The notes below the pieces were generated by a model, which did not search any database, was not told the DNA's origin, and worked only from the letters and a program-made list of their open reading frames with translations. Of a stretch of 64,000 bases of DNA, positions 24,060-35,434 are shown in pieces. Position 1 is the first letter of the stretch; every line of letters starts with the position of its first letter. This DNA is from Mustelus asterias (taxonomy: Eukaryota): NCBI RefSeq assembly GCF_964213995.1, contig NW_027590121.1, positions 1,488,001 to 1,552,000 of the forward strand, given 5' to 3'. The translations under genes and the position numbers were made by a program.

Positions 24060-24425
24060 CACAGTGTCACATTCTCTAGGCTGGGTCATACAATAACCAT
24101 CTCTGCACAAAATAGACAGAAATCCATCAGTATTTTAAAAATTCACAAGCCAGAGGGAAAGCAAATCACTGCATTTTCATGAAATTATTATTGTACTGGT
24201 GGATACCGTTCGCTCTACATAAATAACCTTAATGTTTTATATTTCATAGAGGATCACATGATCAAGTTATTGAAAACACCAACTGATAATCAAATAGTTA
24301 TCATAAATTTTCCATATTATTTCTCGCTATTTGTGTAGTGCTGGGACATAAATAATACAGCACTGTAAATAATGCTGGATTGGAAAACAGAGCACTGCCC
24401 CAGTCTCGGTCAATTAGTGCTGAGG

Positions 24426-24493
24426 GGTTTTTGTATTGACAGTAACTGCTGTGCCATCCAGTTATCACAGTGAGACACAGCATGACAAATACT
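24426..24493 (-). other. DH2 segment (ATAACTGGATGG, 24465-24454) with 12/12 RSSs
   Basis: 5' RSS: nonamer 24485-24493, 12-nt spacer, heptamer 24466-24472. 3' RSS: CACAGCA 24453-24447, 12-nt spacer, ACAAAAACC 24434-24426. Confidence 0.95.
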
Positions 24494-24793
24494 GTGCCCG
24501 ACTGCTAACTGTTTAATTTCACTGCTGTCTCAAAAATCTGATTCTGCCTCATCCACGAGCGAATGAGTGAGATATTTCAGCTTGTCCTGGTCATTATATT
24601 TATAAAGGGTATCGGAATGCTTTTAAACTCTCTGTGTAGATTTAGCATATCGTTCAACACAGATTTTACGGGAAGATTTTTATACCTTTTCACAAACTAA
24701 TATTGCTTCTGCGCATTATTTCATTGAAGCCTCTTTTACTTTGAAAATCCTGCTGTGGTGCTGATCACCAATTTGAGCGATCTCTTTCCATGA

Positions 24794-24873
24794 GGTTTTT
24801 GTATGAGGATGTCGCTGTGCTCAGCACTGTGACCCACTGCTGTATCACAGTGACAGACACTCGCACAAAAACT
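24794..24873 (-). other. DH1 segment (ATACAGCAGTGGGT, 24845-24832) with 12/22 RSSs
   Basis: 5' RSS: nonamer 24865-24873, 12-nt spacer, heptamer 24846-24852. 3' RSS: CACAGTG 24831-24825, 22-nt spacer, ACAAAAACC 24802-24794. This is the classic shark D1 layout. Confidence 0.95.
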
Positions 24874-25245
24874 GCACTTACTTTCTGTTCAGTACTGCCG
24901 CTCAATATTCACTTCAAATAGACCATTATTCGTGATGTAATTTACACTTAATGCAACAGTTTACAAAACACAATCTAAAAACATCTCCTCCAAGTATCAG
25001 AAATATTAAAACGAGCATTATATCCAGGTGTGTAATTGCTGAAACTGTTAACAGTAAATATAAACAGAGTGAAAAGCTCAGCCCATTATGTCTGTGCGTT
25101 TTCTTGGTTTAATGTTTAATTTTCACTAAGTTGGGTTTGTCAGAAGCAGTTTGTGTTTTGCTTCTGATCACTGTCGTTAGCATTATATTTAAAACAGATA
25201 CTGACCTTCAGGTTATGATGAAAGTTGCTGAATTCCCTCTCGAGC

Positions 25246-25284
25246 TGTTCTTGTTCGGGTCCATCCCTGGTTCCTCTCGCTGTG
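25246..25284 (-). other. 23-RSS of VH
   Basis: CACAGCG (25284-25278), 23-nt spacer, ACAAGAACA (25254-25246). Confidence 0.9.
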
Positions 25285-25589
25285 GTGTCTTGCACAGTAA
25301 TAGATGGCGGTGTCTTCGGTCTTCAGCCTTGTCATCTCCAAAGAGAAGATGTTGGTTGAAGTGTCTTTGGACGCAGTAAATCGATCCTTAATTGCTGGGG
25401 CGTAGTTGTTGCTGGATGAACTATAGTAGCTAACCAGCCACTCCAACCCCTGTCCTGGAACCTGTCGGATCCAGTTCATGACATTGCTGCTAAGATCGAA
25501 GCCGCTGGTTTTACAGGTCAGTGTCAGGGAGCCTCCGGGACGCCCGGTCTCTGCCTCTGGCTGAGTCAACACGACCTGCGTCTGGACAC
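25285..25589 (-). CDS. Immunoglobulin VH exon (shark IgM type)
   Basis: CAG acceptor; (G)[101 protein letters not shown]; no stops. Confidence 0.97.
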
Positions 25590-25721
25590 CTGTAAAAATA
25601 GATCAAAAAACCCGAGGATTAATCCTGGTGTAATGATTTTTGACTCGGGAATATTACAGAGATGGACTAAAACTGAGACAGTATCTTTGGGAGACTTAGA
25701 CAATGAAAAATAACTACTCAC

Positions 25722-25767
25722 CGGATAAGAAAGTCAGCAACAAACTGAGAGAAATCGCCGACCTCAT
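25722..25767 (-). CDS. VH leader exon (MRSAISLSLLLTFLS)
   Basis: 46-nt exon, ATG at 25767, GTGAGT donor at 25721. Confidence 0.95.
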
Positions 25768-25853
25768 CCTTCTGGTAAATTGGGGGAAATGGTTGTGTCT
25801 GGAACTCAGTGAACAAACCAGCTCCCGGACTGTTGGATTCCGGTCCGGTGAGC

Positions 25854-25867
25854 GGTATTTAAATACC
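25854..25867 (-). promoter_or_regulatory. TATA-like box of the VH promoter
   Basis: TATTTAAA inside the palindrome GGTATTTAAATACC, about 90 nt upstream of the ATG. Confidence 0.55.
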
Positions 25868-28800
25868 CGGCAGAAGGGGGCGGCTTTCCAGGCGCCGCCT
25901 GTTGATTCCCTGCTGGAGGCGGCGACTGGATCCAGGTCCCACCTTCCACACCCCCAACAGAATGGACTCCCAGATTTACAATAGGTTAATATTAAAATGG
26001 ACATTTTATCTGTGTCGGGATATTTGTTTGGCTGAATATGTTCATTGTAATGTCTCCATTATTTCTGATGGTGATATTGCAGTTCATCATTTCTTTATTT
26101 AAAATAACTAATTCCATTGTAAATATGGTGATTTTATTACCACGCCCCCAAGAAGAACACAAATCTAAAAATGGTGAAATAACATTTTTGGAATATAAAG
26201 CGACCGTCAGTCTATGTTGCAACAATCCCGGGTCTCTGTCACATTACAATAAGAAAGCATGATTTATCAGAAGAATTTTTACCGATTTCTGTAACTAAAT
26301 GAGGGGGCATGAACAAAGTGATTGTATTTACAGTGCGGATGGCGATCACTGTACAATTTGGGTTCGGAGATGAGAAGAAACTCTCACACAATACAATGTT
26401 TCTCCTTATATTTGTCAAACTACCCCAATCTCGAAGACAGCCCTTTGAAAATAATAAGAATCCCGCCCTCCTGATAATTAAATAGTGAGTTGAGAGAGAA
26501 ACATATAATTAACATCGACTTTTGACAGAGAAGTTAATGAATGGAACGGACAAGGAGATCATTAAAGTTCTCCTTCAGCATCCAGATCATTGCAGGTCAC
26601 TCGATCGGCCACCGGCTGTCTAACATTCGCTGGTATTGCGAACACAAGATATCAGGGCTTTGCGGTACATTGCACAATATCACAAGAATAAATGTTTTAT
26701 CTTCCATTGAATCAGGTTATGAACTGATCATTTCTCCACTCATTGGCAGCTATGATTGGAACTCTTCAATAACAGGAATCAGATTATACTGTACAATAGA
26801 ATAGGGTGTTAATCAGGTACAAGAGACGCTGCTGTTTAATTGCGATACAGAACGTTCAGAATATTCCAGGAATTCCCGCTGTTCATGTCAGTTTTATGCC
26901 GTTCTCTTCATATTCTATTTCGATGCATTTTATGCCATTGCACTGATTTCAATTGACTGGGGAAATGGGACCATCAACATCTCTCTCTCGCATTTCATGA
27001 AGTGGTTAATAAACTGACTTTAAATATTGGAATGACATTTACTTGGAAGTTATACAAATGAAAAAGCATCTGGTCACTTTATTGTTTTGCGATACTATTT
27101 ACTCACATAATGAACAGGCCATTGAATGAAAATATTTGATTAGAATGATTACGATTTAAAATGTGTCTTTCTTGTGGGAATGAAACGTTTATTGTTTAAA
27201 TGGCTGAATCCCATTTTGTCCATTCAGGTTCACACTAATCTGACCCACACAGTATTTGGCAGCAATCCAGCCTGCTGTCAAATGCTCAAAGTTATTGACA
27301 GGAAGCATCTGGGGGTGTTTGTGCAGTAGATCTGTTTCCTCAGTACTGACCGCTTGGCTGCAAGCCAACTTCAAGCCCTTCACATTGTCAATGAGCCCTA
27401 TTTATAAAGAAATCTACCCAGCAACAGTACTGGAGGCAATTTAATATTTTAAGTTGTAAGTCTATATGGATTTTACCCATCTCTCAAGAATGACAATTTA
27501 TGCAGCTTCTCTGACACCCTGTTAGCAACAATGATGATTTTTCCAACACATCAGGATATTGTCATGGATGGATCGAAAGAATTACAGGCAGACTGAGAGA
27601 TGACTCAGGGAGACGTTACATGTTGTAATACATGAACTTGTATGCTTGTGTATTCTTTCCCTATCTCGTTCCATGATTTGTTTGAGTTGTTGGAACGACG
27701 AGTACATTATGCCTGTCCCAAATTCCCTTGAACTGAATGGTTTTCACCAGCTTCCTCCAATTTAAATCGCTGTCCCTGTCCCATCATTGTCCTGGGCCTC
27801 TGGATCACTGGGCCAATTAAGTTAATATTACGTCACCATCTGCGCAAACAATAAATGAATGACTGTCTTGATGCAGGAACGAATGACAGTTGAATGAATG
27901 ATAGTTGAATGAATGACAGTTGGATGGCTGAATATTTTGATTGAGGAATCAGTGAATGGATTGAAAGATGCATTGTTAAATGGTACTGAAAGATGTTGTT
28001 CTACATTCCCATATTTGTACTTGACTGGTCCAAAAATTGAAACAACTCCTTTATCCCATTTCTGTCAGTCTAATAACGTCAATACTTCCAGAGGTTCTGG
28101 GAGAAATCCAACCCTAGTTTCTAGGGAGCTAGCAAGCTGATCCTCACGAAAAGAAGAGGGGATTTTCCTGCAGCACGGATGGTTCATTTCTCTGCTGATG
28201 CTGAATATTCATATCCAAGATCGAAAGAGGGAACATGATTTGGCTGAGGAGGGAGGTTTCTAATATTTGAAACATGTGCAGCAAATCATTCACCATGCCC
28301 TCACCCAAATTAGTGAAGGTAACAGGCTGTAAAATAAATAATGCGGCAACAGATATATTGTGAAACTCACTGGATAACTACAAGTGTTACATTATTTCCC
28401 AAAACTGTGTAAAAATGAATCGGGATTTAAAGATTCAGTAAAATCATATTTGGTGCAGGTAGTTTAATTTGTATGATTACTTTGGAAATCATCACACCAG
28501 TTATGATTCAGGGGTTTAAAGCGCAGAGTCTGCTGGGTAGCTACTCGTGATCCTCGGTCTGTATTCATTCAATTTCCAACTGAATTCTGGGACAGATTTT
28601 ATCCTTGGTGACAAAAAGGTGTCAATAAATGTTAATATCAATAAATTATTCAAAGCAAAGTTGTATAGAAGGAAATACTGGAAACAAACAGAAAATGCTG
28701 GAAAATCTCAGCAGGTCTGACAGCATCTGCGGAGACAGAATAGAGCCAACGTTTCGAGTTTGGATGACGCTTCGGCAGAGTATTCCTCATGCGTTGGAGA

Positions 28801-29639
28801 GATCATCATTGTTTCTAACAAGCTGTCAGAGAAGCTGCATAACTTTCCTGTGAAATGGGAATAGTTCAAATAGATACTGTTTAATTATATGCACTATTTC
28901 GAGCCACACACAAGTTGCATCAATTTACATACCGATCCCGAAAATCATCAACTTCTCCATGCTAACTAACCTAATCAACATCTCAATCGCTAACTATATC
29001 CTAATCCCTTTCCACCTCATCATTTCCCAATGTCATCACCCTCTTCAATTTCCCCCAAATAAAAAAAAAGGGTCATCCCGACTCGAAACTTTGACTCTAT
29101 TCTCTTTCCACAGATGCTATCTGACCTGTTGAGATTTTCGGAATTTATTGCTTTTGTTTCAGTTTCTAGAATCCGCAGTATTTTCCATTTATCAAAATGC
29201 TGAATACAATTGGTGAAATAATTGTTTATCTGTATGAATTGATGTTAATTGGTGAATTGGAACAATCCCGGCTGGATATTCCCCTCCAAGACGCTTATAA
29301 ACCTGACTTGGACATATGTTACCGCTCCTTTACTGTCGCTGGGTCGGAATCCATGAGAACCCTTCCTAACAGCACTGTGGGTGTACCTACACTGCAGATT
29401 GTGCAGCGTTTCAAGAAGGCGGCTAACCACCAGCAACTAGCAATGTGAAACAAATTATAGCTTAGACAGTCGCCCACCTTCCATAAAGTAATTTTAAATA
29501 GACTAACCTTTGTGAATGAATGAGAATTGGTGAATGCATTTATTAAATTGCGAATGGATGGTCATTGGTGAAAATAATTACTATCTTTCTGAACATTTAT
29601 GACATTCTCCTTATTTGCTGGAAGATTTAAGGTTTGTAG

Positions 29640-29940
29640 TTCATTTATTAGTGTCACAAGTAGGCTTACATTAACACTGCAATGAAGTCACTATAAAATC
29701 CCTGAGTCGCCACACTGTAGCGTCTGTTCGGGTACACTGAGGGAGAATATATCCTGGCCAGTACACATTACCAGCATGCCTGTTCGGACTGTGCAGGAAA
29801 CTGGACCACCCAGCAGAAATCCACGCATAAACGGGGAGAATGTACAGACTCCGCACAGACACTGACCCAAGCCGGGAACCAAACCAGTGGCCCTGGCACA
29901 GTGAGGCAACAGAGCTAATCACTGTGCCACCATGGCACCC
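29640..29940 (-). mobile_element. tRNA-derived shark SINE
   Basis: Reverse complement of the SINE head and GTACCCGAACAG..AATAAA-type tail; same subfamily as 50568-50850, 54790-55080, 55810-56080 and 63190-63470. Confidence 0.75.
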
Positions 29941-30549
29941 ACCATTCCATAAGACAGGCATGATTCAAATTTATCACACTTTTTGCAAAGTAAACCGATG
30001 GAAGAGACTGTTACAACTACAGACATATCTCAGTCATAACATCACGGGAAAGATCTTTGCTAGGGTCACACTTGAAATACATCATCTGCTTGCAGACCAG
30101 GTGTTCCTGATATGCAGTGTAGTGATTGTGTTGGAAGATTTACTCCAGCCAACAACTTCTCCATGTTCCAAATATGTCCATATCTTTAACGTACTTTGGC
30201 CAATCTCGCGAAGACATTGAACACCGTCAGCAGGGCAAGGAATACAGGATTTTGGTGATAACTGGCTCTACACCAAAGCTCATAATATCCATTCATGATA
30301 CAAAAACGATAACACACAATGACGAATGGTAGCTTAATGGGCAGCACTTGTGGCAGAACTAACCTTTCAAAAATTGGCCTCCTCAATCATTAGAAGAGGT
30401 GACATATGTAAAGGAAGCCAATCTGAATTGGATGTGTTTATTGTGTGTCCATCATGTAGTGTAAATGGAAGGATGCAAGTGATCATTGTGGAATTAATTT
30501 GTATAAAACACGATGTATTTCACATAACACACGCACACACACCAAGATG

Positions 30550-31520
30550 CTCAATTTGGGTCCCGCACGGAGCACTCGATTCCAGAAATTATTTGGAAAG
30601 AGTCCAAATATTGATTTAAAAACATAAATTAAAAAGGTGAATAGAGAGTGCCTGCCCTTGACATCGACACAGCGTCTGACCGTTTGTGGCATCAAGGACC
30701 CGAGCGAAACTGCAGTCAATGGGAATCAGGGGGAACAGAGTCCACTGCCTGAATCATGCTGAGCACAAAGGAGGATGGTTGTTGATGGTCAATCATGCCA
30801 GTCACACGCATTGCTGCAGGAATTCTTCAGGTAGTGACCTAGCCCCAAGCTTCAGCCTTCATCAAAGTTCAGAAGTGGGATTTTCACAGGTGATTGCACA
30901 AAGTTCCGCACCAGTCGCGACTCCTCAGTTACTGACACAGTCTGTGCCCATATGCAGTAAGACTTAGAAAACATTCAGTCTTTGGCTAATGAATGACAAG
31001 GAACATTAATGCACCACAAGTGGCAGGCAATGACAGTCTCCAATGAGGGAGATTCCAAACCACTCCCCATGACATTAAATGGCATTACCCATCGCTGAAT
31101 TCGCCCACTATCAACATCCTGGGAATTATAATTCGTGAAAATCTGAACGGAGTCAGACGTTTAAATCATGTGGCCACAGGAGCAGGTCAGGCGCTCGGAG
31201 TTCTGCTGTGAACAACGCACCTCCTGAATTCCCAACTCCTATCCATCATCTACAAGGCAAAAGACAGGAGTATGAACAGATATCACAGAACAGTCAAGCA
31301 CAGGAACAGGCCCTTCGGCCCACCAAGTCTGTGCCGACACAGATGATTGAATATTCTCTACTTGCCTGACGTGTGCCACTCAAAAGCTCAATGTCATTCT
31401 GGAGAAAGTAGCTGGCTCGAAGAACACCCCACCCACCAGCTTCCCAAAGCTTGCCGCCACATTCTCAAAGGAATTCATGGTTTGGCAACAAAAGCTGACT
31501 TTCCCAGTGACATCAAAATC
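30550..31520 (+). mobile_element. Degenerate L2/CR1-group LINE RT fragment; paralogous copy at about 49130-50330
   Basis: Remnants ALDI..A.DR.WH and MF.DDCT (ORF 49228-49560). Confidence 0.6.
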
Positions 31521-31613
31521 ACAACAATTTTAAACATACCATATCTCTACCTATATTCAGCTAGCTTCTGCCTCTGTCTGTATTACAGTAGGCTGTGCCT
31601 GGATCATATGTGG

Positions 31614-32300
31614 AGATGCCGGCGTTGGACTGGGGTGAACACAGTAAGAAGTCTCACAACACCAGGTTAAAGTCCAACAGGTTTATTTGGTAGAAAATAC
31701 CATAAGCTTTCGGAGCACTGCTCCTTCGTCAGATGGAGGGGAAATGTGCTCTCAAACAGTGCACAGACACAGAAATCAAGTTACAGAATACTAATAAGAA
31801 TGCGAATCCCTAAAGACAGCCAGGTCTTAAAGGTACAGGCAATGTGGTGGAGGGAGCATTCAACACAGGTTAAAGAGATGTGTATTGTCTCCAGACAGAA
31901 CAGCTAGTGAGATTCTGGAAGCCCAGGAGGCAAGCTATGGGGGTTACTGATAGTGTGACATAAATCCAACATCCCGGTTTAGGCCGTCCTCATGTGTGCA
32001 GAATTTGGCTATCAGTTTCTTCCTGTGGGGGAGCACTTCAGCAGTCACGGGCATTCAGCCTTGGATCTTCAGGTAAGCGTTCTCCAAGGCGGCCTTCACG
32101 ACACACGACAGCGCAGAGTCGCTGAGCAGAAACTGATAGCCAAGTTCTAATTAGTATTCTGTAACTTGATTTCTGTGTCTGTGCACTGTTTGAGAGCACA
32201 TTTCCACTCCATCCGACGAAGGAGCAGTGCTCTGAAAGCTTATGGTATTTGCTACCAAATAAACGTGTTGGACTTTAACCTGGTGTTGTGAGACATCTTA
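31614..32300. mobile_element. Penelope-like element fragment with inverted terminal segments
   Basis: 32021-32147 translates PVGEHFSSHGHSALDLQVSVLQGGLHDTRQRRVAEQKLIAKF (GIY-YIG C-terminus); an inverted piece reads KLIAKFCTHEDGLNRDVGFMSHY; 31640-31795 and 32148-32300 are inverted copies. Confidence 0.8.
31700..31736 (-). ncRNA. Minimal hammerhead ribozyme core (Penelope type)
   Basis: CCAT-CTGACGA-A-GGAGC-AGT-GCTCC-GAAA-GC-TT-ATGG: core motifs, stem II, palindromic stem III and 4-bp stem I. Confidence 0.65.
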
Positions 32301-32689
32301 CGTGGATCATATTCCAGGAGGTCATGTCTAAGCTATTTCCTGCACTTGGCTCAATATCAGGTGTTCGTATATGAGACACAGGCCCTGTTTATATTATAAT
32401 TTCTAAGTTATGGCTGTACTGAGCCATGCTTCCGCTGATCTGACAAGAGGCCGTGTCTCGATTCTTACTGCCTCAGAACATTTGCCACTGCATACTAAAC
32501 TGGAGCAACTGCTTCATGCATGACACATGGTTCTGAGACAGATATTATGCTAATAGTTCATTAGATTTTGATAAACTAGATCCTGTTTGCGTTAATGCTG
32601 CACCAGTCCATGTATTTATTTATTTAAGACTATGTCACGTCTCAGCTATAATTGCATTTTGCAATACCTCCTAATTGCTGCATTGTCCG

Positions 32690-33000
32690 TATCTCAGTGT
32701 GTCTCAGTCTAGGCCCTGTCCCAGTAATTATTACAAATAAACTGGGCTCTGTCTCAGTTTACATCAGTCTAGGTACTGTATCAGTAATCATTACTAATAC
32801 ACTGGACTCTGTCTCAGTTTACATCTGTCACTGTCCTGTATCTATTAGTAATTATTACTAATGCACTTGACTCCGTCTCAGTCTAAAGAAATTTAGGTCC
32901 AGTATCATTAATTACCGGGCTCTGTCTCAGTTTGTATGCCCAACTCCTATGTCCAGTAAAACCGCACTAGACACTGTCTCAGTTTTATTTTCCTCGACAT
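32690..33000. repeat. About 60-bp degenerate tandem repeat; paralogue at about 51110-51470
   Basis: Repeated CTGTCTCAGTTTACATCAGTCTAGG..GTAATTATTACTAAT. Confidence 0.75.
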
Positions 33001-34004
33001 TGTCATATATATTTGTAATGTTTGTTTCATGGGATATGGATGTCACTGAAAAGATCAGCATTTGGCCTTTGACCATCCCCACATGGCACTCGGAACAAAC
33101 CCATTTCTATTTTGCTGGATCAGGACCCCGTTTATGTTAAATTAGAGTCTGTCTCTGTTAATACACTGCTAGACTAGAAATCAGTTTATATTTCACGAGC
33201 CACACTCTCTGGTTAAGTAATATTTGATCCTGACCCTGTACATATTTCACGAGACTGTGTCAGTGTTATGCCTGCACTTAACTTTGCCTCTATTTGAATT
33301 ATGTCTGCATTCCTCCGCGGTTCTACGAGAAGAAGAGATATTATGTTGGATGAAAAACAGTGGTCTCTGGCAGGATTTTGAAACAGGCAGTATTGGATCG
33401 ACAGTATTTGGTCGGTGCGGGCTTCCAGTGCTGAAGGGCCTGCTCCTCTGCAGTAACTTTCCTTGTTCTTTGTTCTGTGTTGACAGTGCATGCTATACAG
33501 GTCTTAGTATCCATTTTCAATGCAGTCAGCAGAAGTAGATTTCAGATAACACTGCTTCTTTTCCAGTGCCAAAGACCTCATAGCGTTCCATGTTTAGGAG
33601 AATGCAGAGAATTGTGTTCCCCTAAACACTTTCCTCATTACTGGCATTGTCCAGTGCAATAAAAACTGAGACCATGTCCAATGCAATATAAACGTGGATA
33701 GGGTCAAATGCAGAAATAAGGCTCCAAATAGCTTAATACAAACAGAGACAGGTCTACATTAATAAAAACCGATACAGCGTCTAGTTTGATATAAGCTGAA
33801 ACATGTTGATGTATAATATAAACAGGGACAAGGTCTAATTTAGTAGAATCAGAGAAAGCACCTCGTTTATTATGTGCAGAGATAGGGTCCACTGCAACAT
33901 AAACCGAGGCATGACCTTATATAATAGAAGCTGACACAGGGTAAATTTACTGTCTAATAAAGAGACTGGTTCAATCCCCATGAAATCTGGAGAGACGGCC
34001 TACT

Positions 34005-34635
34005 GCTCCATCAAAAATTCACAGGACAGGAGCAACATGGGGTTAGCTGTAAAGTTCCCCCTGCATTGCCAAATTTAACACTCCCAAGGCAAGAATAGCA
34101 TGATTTAGATACAAAGTGAACCTCCCTCTCACTATCAAAATCAAACATTCCTGGAAAAGGTAGACTGTCTAGAAACAGAGTGAAACCCCCTCTACAATGT
34201 CTGCTCGAATACAATGAAGGCATACAGACCAGGGACTCACTTCGAGGTAAAACCACTTCTGCATTTTTCCTTCAGAGATTCGGGAGGCAAGTTTGAATTG
34301 GTGTTCGGTAGAGGGGGAAGATCCCTCTACACAGTCCCATAAAATACACCCAGGTCAGGTACAGCAGAGATTAGATACGGATTAAATCTCCCTTTGCAAG
34401 TAATATCAAACATTCAAAGGGCAGGTACGTGAGTTTAGACGCAGAGTAAATATTCCTCTACACCGTCCAGTCAAACAGTCCAAGGGCAGGCATAAATACA
34501 AGGAAAATTTCTTTTGTACTGCCACATCGAATCCTGTTTACGAGGTACAACACAGGTTAGATACAGAGGAAAATGTATAAAATATCCCAAGATCATAGAA
34601 TGTTCAAGAGATCCTTTAGAGTAAATCTCCCTCAC
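34005..34635. repeat. About 60-65-bp degenerate satellite-like repeat; paralogue at about 52390-52670
   Basis: Repeated TTAGATACAGAGT.AA.CTCCCTCTACAC..TCAAACA.TCCCAGG.CAGGTACAGCA. Confidence 0.7.
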
Positions 34636-35370
34636 GGATTCCAATTCATTGCATTGCATTCCTTACAACTCTGGCTGAGAGAACACATTGGGCAACATTG
34701 AATTGAGGTTGTGGAGTGAAGACGATGAACTATCGTGAAGAGACAAGACTCAGAACCAGAAGGAGAAAGCCAGAGACAGAGATGAAACACAGGGAATTTC
34801 CACGAACACATTTTTCGTGTTATTATATTTCGGGATCCTTTCTTAATTCTGAACATAGATATTGTCATGATTTTTTCCCTCATATAATTGCTGAATAAAT
34901 AATGTATAAAAACAACCATTTCTGGAATCCGTTGATCGATTTGCATGTTTGTCTCTATTTCTGTGCTGTGTTGGTGGGGAAATATTTGTTGTGTTTTTGT
35001 CAGTCAACAATCTAATCTGGGATTTCTATTTCTGTGTTTATTTACATAAGCTCCTCACTGTTTACAATGAAATGTTCATGGCAGCAAAAACAGATAAACC
35101 GTCACTTATTCATTAGTTTCAACTCAAAATAGCGATTATTTTAAGAATATTAACAGTTGGTTCAAAATGAATAGAAACATTTTTAACATACATTACACAA
35201 GATGCTCTTTAATTAAATGAATAAATACATTCTATTTAAGAATTTGTTCTGCAAGTTCTGATGTCACAGTAAATAAAATATCTGTGAACAGATTGGTATT
35301 CCACTGAATGTTAATTTGATTGATGATCTAAATTGCTTCAACTAGACAAGTTAAAACAAAGAGAACTGGT

Positions 35371-35434
35371 GTGTGAAATATTCCTGTCACAATTAGTGAG
35401 CAGACTCCCACGAGGGAAGAATAAAAAATCCAGT
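35371..35434 (-). pseudogene. Relic of a TCR V leader exon/intron
   Basis: About 54/64 nt identical to 2053-2116 by manual alignment; encodes LDFLFFP versus LDFLLFP in the intact leader; splice donor destroyed. Confidence 0.75.

Noticed and set aside
6179-25767. IgW, IgNAR, IgM1gj or a germline-joined cluster
   Set aside because: Four CH exons with mu signatures and a mu tailpiece, and separate V, D1, D2 and J segments with intact RSSs.
32690-34635. CRISPR-like repeat array
   Set aside because: Degenerate tandem satellites without unique spacers, in a vertebrate context.
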